Source: a virus
Taxonomy: Duplodnaviria > Caudoviricetes
DNA length: 29,268 nucleotides
Strand: one strand, 5' to 3'
IMG/VR virus record: IMGVR_UViG_3300049846_002945
Coordinates: 1 to 29,268 of that record
Under the pieces are notes generated by a model. That model saw nothing but the letters and a program-made list of their open reading frames with translations. It was not told the origin of the DNA and searched no databases. Both the position numbers and the translations under genes were made by a program. Shown here piece by piece: positions 16,191 through 24,731 of this stretch; position 1 is the first letter of the stretch, and each line of letters starts with the position of its first letter.

Positions 16191-16565
16191 ATGGGTGAAG
16201 AGCAAGTAGCCGCACCGCAAAGTCCAGAATCTGGTGTTTTTGCGACGAAATTAGCGCACGCGTGCCAGCAACTGAAAGTCCGTCTTCAGGCGCTAGATGA
16301 CGACGGCAAGATCGACATGATGGAAATCGGCGCCTTGCTTATGGACGAGACCCGCGACTTGAGCGCTCTCGGCGCTGAGTTTACAACGCTCTCGGATGCC
16401 GAGAAGCGGGATGCGATCCTGACAGCTATCAGCCGCACCTATTGGAAGGTTAACCCTAATATCCCTTTCTTAGCAGAATGGGTGGAAACGCCCATGGAAA
16501 AGATGTTTCTCACCGTTGTGCTTCCGCGCGTGTATGATACCGTCGTAGCCCATCTGCATAAATAG
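16191..16565 (+). CDS. hypothetical helical protein
   Basis: AAGGAG RBS before ATG 16191; first gene of the plus-strand arm. Confidence 0.7.
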   Translation: MGEEQVAAPQSPESGVFATKLAHACQQLKVRLQALDDDGKIDMMEIGALLMDETRDLSALGAEFTTLSDAEKRDAILTAISRTYWKVNPNIPFLAEWVETPMEKMFLTVVLPRVYDTVVAHLHK

Positions 16566-16578
16566 CACTGGAGGCTGT

Positions 16579-16821
16579 ATGCGATCTGTTATTGTCCTCC
16601 TGGCTTTGCTTGTGGCGCTATCCCTCCCCGCCTCGGCTGGTGCTGCGCAGGCGACCTTATGTTCCGATCCGGTGCGATTTGGCCAGCGATCGGCTTTACT
16701 GCTTGGCATCCAGACGTGGGACACGATTAATCAGCGTTTTGATAGCTGTTGGACAAATTTTGACGCTACGACACCTGATAAAGCAGTAGAGTGTTTTGAT
16801 GTTAAGGCGCAAGTGCAATAA
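16579..16821 (+). CDS. small exported protein with Sec signal peptide
   Basis: MRSVIVLLALLVALSLPASA, three Cys; GGAGG RBS. Confidence 0.65.
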   Translation: MRSVIVLLALLVALSLPASAGAAQATLCSDPVRFGQRSALLLGIQTWDTINQRFDSCWTNFDATTPDKAVECFDVKAQVQ

Positions 16822-16830
16822 GGATGTCGC

Positions 16831-18585
16831 GTGGCAACAGTTTTTCTAGAGTCTGGTAGCTCGGCGACATATGGCTTGCAATTTTATAGTGCCACTTCTG
16901 GCACTGTATCGAGCAGCAGTGCCCAGACGCATAGTAACAACCGCTCGATTCTTTGTGATTCGACTGGGAGCAACGTCGCGGCATACGTAGAGCGGGCGAA
17001 CATACTTGCTGACGCAGGCCGGTCCATATCGCTCTATGTGTATTTTGGAGCTACCCCGAGCGCACAGACAACTCTCATACAGGTACTTAATTCCTCAGGG
17101 ACTGCTCTTGCCCAGGTACACGCGGAGTCAAACAATACCTTTACTCTGAGGCTGGGCTCTTCCACGCAGAGCGGGCTGGGAAGTTACACAACTGGGGCTT
17201 GGATACGCCTTTGTTTGGCGTATACTATCACCAGCACTACCGTAAATAGCGCTCGGTTGTATAAAGATGGGACGTCTTTGCACACCTTGACCAACCAAAC
17301 GCTAAGCGCCACAGGGAGTGCAACTTTACGACTTGGGCTCATTACGCAACCTGGCGCCTCAAAAACACTGCACCTATCTGATATTTATATTGATGACTCT
17401 TCCTCGCTGGCAGACCCTGGGGATATCCAAGTCACTCCTAAGCTCCCGAATGCGCTGAATACAAACAATTTTGACACGCTTGGAGGCTCAGGGGCGAACC
17501 GATATAATCGGGTGAGTGATCGGGCGCTAAGTGAGACGAATTATATCAGCCATGTGGCGTCAACCAATGTCGAGGAATCGTTCGGTATTGAAAGCGCCTC
17601 ACAGGGTGATGTCAATATTTCCGGGAAGACATTTGTTGCCTCTCAGGGGTGGGTCTGGGCGAAAATTAGTGCAGCGGTCTCCGCAAAAAATCAAAGCAAA
17701 ACCACTGGCACAACGCTGACGCTTACGGTCAGTGGCGCAGTAGCAAATAATACCTATTTGATTGCTTTTGCCATGGACGGCGCAACCGGGACGATTTCTT
17801 GCACAGACAATGCTTCAACACCGAATACCTATATTGTGGATTCGGACATTGCAGCAGCGTCCCCTAGCGCGGGAAATGTTCGCCTGGCGTTGATTAGAGC
17901 CAGAATCGTGACGACGACATCGCTCACAACAATCACGATCACGCATCCTTCGGTGGCGGCGCGTGCAGCTGTGGTGCAAGAATTTGCCGGTATACGGATT
18001 TCGGGAACTCCTACTGATGTCGGGTCTGCGACAACAGGCGCAAATAGTAATGCTTCGGCTGGTCCTACGGGCACCCCAACAGGGGCTTATCGATTTGCAT
18101 TTGCCGGTTTTGGCGTCGAACAGCCATCAACGTCATCTTTTGGCGCAGTAGCACCTTTTGTTGCCCAAGATCAAAATGGGACAACGGGTGGAGGAGATGC
18201 CTCAAACATTTCGATTCTATCAGCGTATACGATTTGGCCCAATACTGCTGATGTGACCGCCTCGGCGACGAATACTAACGCTGCGGCTGTTGACTGGGCT
18301 GCCGCGGTACAAACTTATATTTGGGATGGGCCAGGCTGTGCGATTATTTTTAATGGCGCGACAACCCCATTACCAGTAATGGCTACGTCTCAGCTTTTTT
18401 TGAGCCCGATAACTGATAGTGCGGCGTATCCCTCAGCCTCGGCAGCGATCGGCCTAAAGTCCTCCAGTACAGCGGCGGATACTTTTTTGTACGAATGTGG
18501 GATACTGATTGCCTATATTAATGTTGCGCCTCCCGTGATTGCGGGATCGCGTGGAACAAAAATGTGTATGGGCGTAGGGTTGTGA
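16831..18585 (+). CDS. Ser/Thr/Ala-rich beta-sandwich (lectin/LamG-like) putative virion appendage protein
   Basis: 584 aa; YVYF, WIRL, LYKDG, LRLG and DIYIDD strand pattern; low charge; ends in MGVGL. Confidence 0.6.
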   Translation: MATVFLESGSSATYGLQFYSATSGTVSSSSAQTHSNNRSILCDSTGSNVAAYVERANILADAGRSISLYVYFGATPSAQTTLIQVLNSSGTALAQVHAESNNTFTLRLGSSTQSGLGSYTTGAWIRLCLAYTITSTTVNSARLYKDGTSLHTLTNQTLSATGSATLRLGLITQPGASKTLHLSDIYIDDSSSLADPGDIQVTPKLPNALNTNNFDTLGGSGANRYNRVSDRALSETNYISHVASTNVEESFGIESASQGDVNISGKTFVASQGWVWAKISAAVSAKNQSKTTGTTLTLTVSGAVANNTYLIAFAMDGATGTISCTDNASTPNTYIVDSDIAAASPSAGNVRLALIRARIVTTTSLTTITITHPSVAARAAVVQEFAGIRISGTPTDVGSATTGANSNASAGPTGTPTGAYRFAFAGFGVEQPSTSSFGAVAPFVAQDQNGTTGGGDASNISILSAYTIWPNTADVTASATNTNAAAVDWAAAVQTYIWDGPGCAIIFNGATTPLPVMATSQLFLSPITDSAAYPSASAAIGLKSSSTAADTFLYECGILIAYINVAPPVIAGSRGTKMCMGVGL

Positions 18586-18598
18586 TGAAAGGGGCTGT

Positions 18599-20494
18599 AT
18601 GGCCGATAATATTACGCTGAATGCTGGATCAGGCGGCGCCACACTAGCAACCGATGATATTGGCGGCCTGCATTATCAAATTGTCAAGCAATCGTTTGGG
18701 GATCTCGATGCGGTGACGTTGGTATCGACCTCTAACCCCTTGCCGGTGGACTTGCGCACCAACAATCTTGGTGGCAATATCAATGTGAATATCGCCGCAA
18801 GTGCTGTCACGCAGGGAGTCTCTGGGACAGTGACGGCAAATGCGGGGTCGGGAACATTTACCACCGCGCCAACGGCAACAGTTGTAGACGACGCGGCTTT
18901 TTCTCCTGGTACTACCCCAGTGCTGATGCTTGGGGCGACCTTTGACGATGTTTCCCCCGACAGTGTTAACGAGGGAGACGCTGGCGCGATCCGCATGTCA
19001 GGTAATCGTAATCTCTATGTCCAGCTGCGGGATGCGGCGGGCAATGAACGGGGCCTCAATATTGATGCCGATGGACTCATCGGTGTGACCGATGGTGGCG
19101 GATCGTTGACCATCGACAATAGCACGCTCGCCGTGACCGGCGGGGGGACTGAGGGGGCAGCCCTACGCGTAACGATCGCAACTGACAGTACCGGCGTGCT
19201 CAGCGTTGATGATAATGGTGGATCGCTCACCGTTGATGGATCAGTCACTGTGAGCGGCACGGTGACTGTCGGCTCATTTACAGGTGGCGCGATTACCGAA
19301 GTGCAAGGAGACGTAGCTCATGATGCTGTTGCAGCGGGGAACCCTGTATTGCTTGGCGCCTATGCATCGGCGGCAGCTCCCTCTGATGTCAGCGCTGATG
19401 CAGATGCAGTCCGTCTTTGGGCACTGCGTAATGGCTCGCAAGTAATCAATGTAGCAGCTGGTGGCACGCTTATCACAGGCGACGGAGCCAACGGGTTGGA
19501 CGTAGACGTTACCCGTGTGAGTGGGACAGTCACAATTTCTGGATCGGTATCTTTATCGGCAGCTATCCCCGCGGGCAATAACAATATTGGAGATGTTGAT
19601 GTCGTCACATTGCCAAATGTGACGATTGGGGCTATGGCCAATCTCACAGAGAGCTTGGTTGATGATGCTGCGTTTTCGCCGGCCACCAGCCGTGTTCTCC
19701 CTGCGGGCTTTACTTTTGACGATGTCTCTCCCGACAGCGTCAATGAAGGCGATATTGGGGCGGCTCGTATGAGCGCGAACCGGAATATTTATACTACTAT
19801 CCGTGATGCGGCGGGCAATGAGCGGGGCGTTAACGTTGATGCGACGAACCGATTATCCGTGAGCGTGGACAACACCCCCACGGTGACGATTGGTACGCTG
19901 CCCAATGAAGGCCAGCAGACTATGGCCAACAGTATCTCTGTGGCGGTGGCATCTGACCAATCAGCCTTAACTGTCGCGCAGTCCACGGCATCCTCGCTCA
20001 ACGCCCAGGTGGTGGGCAATGTTGCCCACGATGGGGCGGATAGCGGCAACCCTGTCAAAATTGGCGGCGTAGCACGTACCTCGAACCCCACAGCTGTGGC
20101 AGCCAGTGATCGGGTAGATATATTTTGTGATGATTTGGGAAAGCAAGTCGTGTACCCTATCGCGCCACGGGATCGGCTTGTTGTCGGGACACGGATCTCA
20201 CTCACAAATACGACCGAGACGACCTTGGTTTCTGCTGGCGGCGCTGGCGTGTACCGTGACCTTGTTATGCTTATGTGCTCCAATGAGAGCGCGACGGAAG
20301 TACGGGTCGATTTTCGTGATGTTGCGGCAGGGACCGTGATGTTTTCCCTTGATCTGTATCCTGATGGCGGCGGTGCCGTGATTCCTTTTCGGGTGCCCTG
20401 GCCGCAAGCAACGGCGAACAGCGCATGGACCGCCCAACTGAGCGCGAGCGTAAGCACGGTGTATATTTCCGCGCTGGCAGTGGAGAATAATTAA
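18599..20494 (+). CDS. acidic repeat-containing fibre-like virion protein
   Basis: 631 aa, rich in G/A/V/T/S/D; internal repeats DDAAFSP...RDAAGNERG (x2) and VAHD...GNPV..G (x2). Confidence 0.65.
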   Translation: MADNITLNAGSGGATLATDDIGGLHYQIVKQSFGDLDAVTLVSTSNPLPVDLRTNNLGGNINVNIAASAVTQGVSGTVTANAGSGTFTTAPTATVVDDAAFSPGTTPVLMLGATFDDVSPDSVNEGDAGAIRMSGNRNLYVQLRDAAGNERGLNIDADGLIGVTDGGGSLTIDNSTLAVTGGGTEGAALRVTIATDSTGVLSVDDNGGSLTVDGSVTVSGTVTVGSFTGGAITEVQGDVAHDAVAAGNPVLLGAYASAAAPSDVSADADAVRLWALRNGSQVINVAAGGTLITGDGANGLDVDVTRVSGTVTISGSVSLSAAIPAGNNNIGDVDVVTLPNVTIGAMANLTESLVDDAAFSPATSRVLPAGFTFDDVSPDSVNEGDIGAARMSANRNIYTTIRDAAGNERGVNVDATNRLSVSVDNTPTVTIGTLPNEGQQTMANSISVAVASDQSALTVAQSTASSLNAQVVGNVAHDGADSGNPVKIGGVARTSNPTAVAASDRVDIFCDDLGKQVVYPIAPRDRLVVGTRISLTNTTETTLVSAGGAGVYRDLVMLMCSNESATEVRVDFRDVAAGTVMFSLDLYPDGGGAVIPFRVPWPQATANSAWTAQLSASVSTVYISALAVENN

Positions 20495-20679
20495 TGCAGA
20501 TCCAGAGCAATAATAAAGCAACAGTGCGGGCGAACTTGCGGAATTTTATGCTAGAAAATTGCGATACTGACATTCAAGAAGCATTTCTGGCGCATGGCTA
20601 CACGCTGGAGCCGCTTGTAATGCAATTGATTCGCGAATTGCAGGCATTGCGGCATATGGGGCAAAAAGAAAAAGAATGA
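20494..20679 (+). CDS. hypothetical protein
   Basis: TAATG and ATGA overlaps with neighbours. Confidence 0.55.
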   Translation: MQIQSNNKATVRANLRNFMLENCDTDIQEAFLAHGYTLEPLVMQLIRELQALRHMGQKEKE

Positions 20680-20864
20680 ACATTACGCACGCGTATATGG
20701 CGACCATCCATGGGCAGCTTGCGGAATTGCATGCAGAGATGAGTAGATTATTACAAAATATTGATATATTTAAAGCAGAGAATGACCGCCTTAAAACAGA
20801 GATAGCAGCCTTGCGTGCATCATTTACGGAGAGTGATAATGCTGCTGTGGGTACACAATCTTGA
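20676..20864 (+). CDS. small coiled-coil protein
   Basis: heptad pattern LAELHAEM...LKTEIAALR. Confidence 0.55.
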   Translation: MNITHAYMATIHGQLAELHAEMSRLLQNIDIFKAENDRLKTEIAALRASFTESDNAAVGTQS

Positions 20865-21006
20865 TTTTGCCGGCGCTGAGCCTGGGACTGTCGTTGGACC
20901 ACTCGCGACAGGCGGGTGGATGCTGTTAAATATTGGTCGAGCAGTCGCTCTTTGGCTTGGCGTTGCAGAATTGTTGCGATATTTTGGCCGATTGTTAGGA
21001 GCATAA
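20839..21006 (+). CDS. small hydrophobic protein with N-terminal WxxxLDFAG motif
   Basis: MLLWVHNLDFAGA...; GGAG RBS before ATG 20839. Confidence 0.55.
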   Translation: MLLWVHNLDFAGAEPGTVVGPLATGGWMLLNIGRAVALWLGVAELLRYFGRLLGA

Positions 21007-21009
21007 GCT

Positions 21010-21264
21010 GTGGCGCTGGGATGGCTCCCTTTCCTTGATTTTGCTGGCTCTGGAGTACGCCAGGCTATCCCCCCATTGCTTGCCACAATCACCTTTTCCC
21101 CAGTGCTCTCTGCGGTTGCGGCCATTCACCCCGTGTTGCGTGGGGCGCATGGGCTTACTCCTGCGCTCCAGGCCGCTCACGCAATGGCCCCTGTGCTGCG
21201 GGCAACGCTACGCGCAGAGCCCGCGCTTGTGGCGACTATTGACCTCAACGGAGACACATTGTGA
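21010..21264 (+). CDS. small protein with WxxxLDFAG motif and 10-residue repeats
   Basis: GTG start with AGGAG RBS; P-x-L-x-A/G unit repeated six times. Confidence 0.6.
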   Translation: MALGWLPFLDFAGSGVRQAIPPLLATITFSPVLSAVAAIHPVLRGAHGLTPALQAAHAMAPVLRATLRAEPALVATIDLNGDTL

Positions 21265-21581
21265 CCGTATTGCAAAATTATTATAAACGGTCCAGCAACC
21301 GGATTGATATCATATTGACCGATTATCTTGATATCCCACAAAACAGCGCGACGATTGATGTAACGGTGGTTGATGCAGTGACAGGGCAAGAAATTGACGG
21401 ACAATCATGGCCATTAACCCTTGATTATGTATCATCATCTGCTGGTCATTACGAGGGCATCTTGACACATGCATTGGAAGTCGTTGAGGGGCAAAACTTG
21501 CGGATGCAGGTATTGGCTGTCAGTGGGGAGGTCCAGCGCTACTGGGAAATTGATATTCTTGTTATCGTTGGGGATCAATAG
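21261..21581 (+). CDS. Ig-like/BppU N-terminal-like adaptor protein (tentative)
   Basis: all-beta alternating pattern (ATIDVTVVD, GHYEG, MQVLAV); GTGA overlap. Confidence 0.5.
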   Translation: MTVLQNYYKRSSNRIDIILTDYLDIPQNSATIDVTVVDAVTGQEIDGQSWPLTLDYVSSSAGHYEGILTHALEVVEGQNLRMQVLAVSGEVQRYWEIDILVIVGDQ

Positions 21582-21583
21582 CT

Positions 21584-22282
21584 ATGGGATGTTCTCCCGG
21601 AACTATTGGCGTGCTCTCTGGCGATCAGAGCCGTTGGAGCTGGTTTACGCAAAGCTTGATCAATGTGGTGAATAGCGCCCCATCTGGCACAGAAGTCTTA
21701 TGGATCAATGGATTATGGATTGCCGCAGCCGTGAATAAAATGGTGGCGAACATGGCTGGCGAGTGGCTCTGCATTCTGGCCGATGACCATATCCTGCCGG
21801 CTGATATGATCCCGCGTCTGCTGGCGCACGAGCAAGATATTGTGGCACCACTGTGCTGTTTGCGACGCTTGCCATATCAGCCGAGCCTCTTTCACGACAC
21901 CCCAAATGGCTATGTCGGCTATACGTGGGAGGAGTTGGAGGGGAAGAATGGGTTATTGGCTGTCGATACGTTTGGTGGACCAGGCGTGATGATCCGGCGG
22001 CATGTCTTTGAGGCAATTGGGGCACCATTTTTTGAGGCACACCCTGGATATCGTGAAGCGCCACACGAGGATTTATATACTTTCAGTAAATGTCGCCAGG
22101 CCGGGTTTCAGCCCTACGTCGATCTGGATATGCCCATCGGGCACATTCTCCCGGCAGCCGTGTTTCCGCATGTGCTCCAGAATGGCGGTTGGCGCGTGCG
22201 GCTATGGGCTGAGCAAGACCTGGCACTGTTGCAGGCGCGGCAACCACCCACATCAGCGAAGGAATACCATGCACATACCTGA
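21584..22282 (+). CDS. GT-A fold (family 2-like) glycosyltransferase
   Basis: CILADDH (DxD position), LLAHEQDIV, GVMIRRHVFE, EDLYTF..CRQAGF..YVD, GHI. Confidence 0.8.
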   Translation: MGCSPGTIGVLSGDQSRWSWFTQSLINVVNSAPSGTEVLWINGLWIAAAVNKMVANMAGEWLCILADDHILPADMIPRLLAHEQDIVAPLCCLRRLPYQPSLFHDTPNGYVGYTWEELEGKNGLLAVDTFGGPGVMIRRHVFEAIGAPFFEAHPGYREAPHEDLYTFSKCRQAGFQPYVDLDMPIGHILPAAVFPHVLQNGGWRVRLWAEQDLALLQARQPPTSAKEYHAHT

Positions 22283-22814
22283 GCAAAGACATGGCTGTTA
22301 CCGAGTGACGATCCACGACCCACACCAGGTGCATCATACAGCCCACCTGGGGCATGGGACAATTGTCTGGCCCTTCACCACCATCCTTGATGGGGCGCAG
22401 ATCGGGGAAGATTGCGTCATCGGGACGTGCGTCTTTATTGGTCGGCATGTGCATATTGGGGAGGGGTCACGTATTCACCCTGGGGCTGCGATCCCCGATA
22501 GGGCGGTCATTGGCAACCGGGTCTATGTTGGGAGCAATGTCACACTGACTGATACGCGCTACCCGTGCCTGGTGGATAAAAGCCAGGAAGAGCATAATCC
22601 GCCAGTCATTGAAGATGACGCGGTCATTGGGTGCAATGCGGTCATTTTGCCGGGCGTCGTGGTTCATCGAGGCGCGATTGTGGGGGCAGGGGCAGTCGTA
22701 ACACGGGACGTCCCCGCAGGCTGGACGGTCGCGGGAAACCCGGCCCGGCCCACACGGCGGACTTTTCGTACCGCGGCAATTGCGATGAATGAGGCTGGGG
22801 ATATCTTAGGATAA
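22269..22814 (+). CDS. left-handed beta-helix acetyltransferase (WbpD/FdtC-like sugar N-acetyltransferase)
   Basis: hexapeptide repeats IGEDCVIG, IGEGSRI, IGNRVYVG; IGCNAVILPGV, VGAGAVVTRDVP, GNPAR; start at ATG 22269 with AAGGA RBS. Confidence 0.88.
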   Translation: MHIPEQRHGCYRVTIHDPHQVHHTAHLGHGTIVWPFTTILDGAQIGEDCVIGTCVFIGRHVHIGEGSRIHPGAAIPDRAVIGNRVYVGSNVTLTDTRYPCLVDKSQEEHNPPVIEDDAVIGCNAVILPGVVVHRGAIVGAGAVVTRDVPAGWTVAGNPARPTRRTFRTAAIAMNEAGDILG

Positions 22815-22837
22815 TATTTTCTAAAGTAGAAATCGTT

Positions 22838-23230
22838 ATGGCTACAAGAGGAAGGCCAAAAGGGACACCAAAAACAGGCGGACGAAACCAAGGAACACCA
22901 AATAAAAGAAGTGTAGAGCTTTTGGATGGGCTGCATATAGCAAACTGTATCCCTGCGGTGGAGATTGCCAAATTACTCACCTCAACAGGGCTGGCGGTTG
23001 ATCAAAAGATAGCCTTTTGGGAAAAGCTTCTCCCGTATCTTTTTCCGCAACGGAAGGCGATTGATCCAGAAGGGTATGTCACAGTGGAGCAAATGGCTGG
23101 TCTCCTTGGAGGGCAAATTCAACGATTCCGCCAAGTATTGGAGCCCCATGTCAAAGATCCTGCGGTGGTTGCACTGATTTTAGAGGGATTGCGTGTCAAT
23201 AAGCAGTCGAGTCCGCTCGAAAATTCATAA
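22838..23230 (+). CDS. terminase small subunit (putative)
   Basis: N-terminal GRPKGTPKTGGRNQGTPNK; directly upstream of the large subunit. Confidence 0.65.
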   Translation: MATRGRPKGTPKTGGRNQGTPNKRSVELLDGLHIANCIPAVEIAKLLTSTGLAVDQKIAFWEKLLPYLFPQRKAIDPEGYVTVEQMAGLLGGQIQRFRQVLEPHVKDPAVVALILEGLRVNKQSSPLENS

Positions 23231-24731
23231 GCTGGTGGATGAACAATATTTGCCGCAGGCCCTGGCGCAGACTGCGCAAAAACGGACAGCCGTTTTCCGT
23301 GCGCTGCCACCTCAGCCGATGCGCTGGCTTCTGGACACATTCCCGACGTACTTCCAGAATGCGCAAGGGCAGCCAATCCCCTTGGCACTGCATCATGAAG
23401 AGCTGTGGCAATGGGTGTGGGCGCTGCGGGCCGGAGTGGTTGCTCCGTCGTTTATCGCGATTTGGCCCCGTGGGGGTGGGAAAAGCGTCAGTAGTGAACT
23501 CGCCTGCACTGTGATGGGATATTTTGGTTTACGGCGGTACGTACTGTATGTCTCCAACACCCAAGCACAAGCTGACGATCATGTGCAAAATGTCGGCAGT
23601 ATGTTTGAGAAGCTAGGAGTGGATCGGGCTGTTAATAAATACGGCGTCTCGCGCGGTTGGCGAATCAATCGCCTGCGGACGGCAGATGGATTCGTGGTTG
23701 ATGCCGTGGGGATGGATGCGGCAATTCGGGGGGTCCGCCTCGATGAATCGCGTCCGGATCTCCTCCTGCCGGATGATATTGACGATCAATACGACACTCC
23801 GGCAACGATTGAGAAAAAAATTGCCGTGTTGACGCGGAAAATCCTACCGTCTGGCTCGCCAGCCATGACCGTCCTGGCTGTCCAAAATATTCCAAACGTT
23901 GACGGGATTTTTGCCCAGCTTGCGGATGGCCGTGCGGAGTTTCTCCTGGATCGCATTGTCTCTGGTCCACATCCCGCGCTCCGCGAATTGCCAGAAACGG
24001 GGTGGTGGCAGCGAGAAGAGCCTCTTGATGGCCCCCCGCGATTACGCATTGTCGCCGGCAATCCTTCCTGGGCAGGGCAAGGCATCCCGGAATGTGAAGC
24101 GTTGTTGACAAAAATTGGCATCCAAGCCTTCCTGATTGAGTGCCAACACCAAACAACGCGCTTACGAGGCACAATGTTTCAGCGGGGCTGGTTCCGGATT
24201 GTCCACGATTTCCCTCATGCTGGACGGCGCGTGCGTTTTTGGGACCTTGCAGGGACGGATGCGAAACCAGGGACAGACCCGGATTGGACAGCCGGGGCGT
24301 TGGTCTCAGAGCATCGTGGACAATATACGCTCTGCGACATGCGGCGAATAAGGGCCACGCCGAAAGGGGTGGAAGATTTGATTGCGCAAACCGCAGAGAT
24401 TGATGGCCGCGAGGTCGGTATTTGGATTGAGCAAGAGCCTGGCAGTAGTGGTAAGGTGACCGTGGACCATTACCAGCGTGACGTGCTGAAGGGTTTTGCC
24501 GTTCAGTCTATGCGCAGCACAGGGAATAAGGCGGAACGAGCAACCCCGATGAGTAGCGCTGCTGAGGCTGGAAACTTTACGCTGCTCAAGGGAGATTGGA
24601 ATGAGGATTTTCTCCTGGAAGTTGAGGGGTTTCCTGCTGGGAAGCACGATGATCAGGTAGATGCTACCAGTGGCGCGATGACAGCGTTGGTTCCCTTACA
24701 AAAAGTAGCCGGCGCATGGGGGAGGCGGTAA
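23193..24731 (+). CDS. terL: terminase large subunit
   Basis: PRGGGKS Walker A, DLLLPDDID Walker B, nuclease motifs FWDLA, DPDWTAG, IEQEPG, HDDQVDA. Confidence 0.92.
   Translation: MSISSRVRSKIHKLVDEQYLPQALAQTAQKRTAVFRALPPQPMRWLLDTFPTYFQNAQGQPIPLALHHEELWQWVWALRAGVVAPSFIAIWPRGGGKSVSSELACTVMGYFGLRRYVLYVSNTQAQADDHVQNVGSMFEKLGVDRAVNKYGVSRGWRINRLRTADGFVVDAVGMDAAIRGVRLDESRPDLLLPDDIDDQYDTPATIEKKIAVLTRKILPSGSPAMTVLAVQNIPNVDGIFAQLADGRAEFLLDRIVSGPHPALRELPETGWWQREEPLDGPPRLRIVAGNPSWAGQGIPECEALLTKIGIQAFLIECQHQTTRLRGTMFQRGWFRIVHDFPHAGRRVRFWDLAGTDAKPGTDPDWTAGALVSEHRGQYTLCDMRRIRATPKGVEDLIAQTAEIDGREVGIWIEQEPGSSGKVTVDHYQRDVLKGFAVQSMRSTGNKAERATPMSSAAEAGNFTLLKGDWNEDFLLEVEGFPAGKHDDQVDATSGAMTALVPLQKVAGAWGRR

Noticed and set aside
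18881-19845. DGR template/variable repeat pair
   Set aside because: both copies are in-frame in one gene, differences are not adenine-specific, and no reverse transcriptase is in the window
18676-20457. long antisense ORFs (up to 222 aa) over the fibre gene
   Set aside because: mirror-frame shadows of a compositionally biased gene; no RBS or motifs
22002-22268. N-terminal extension of the acetyltransferase ORF
   Set aside because: lies within the glycosyltransferase gene; RBS and domain start support ATG 22269
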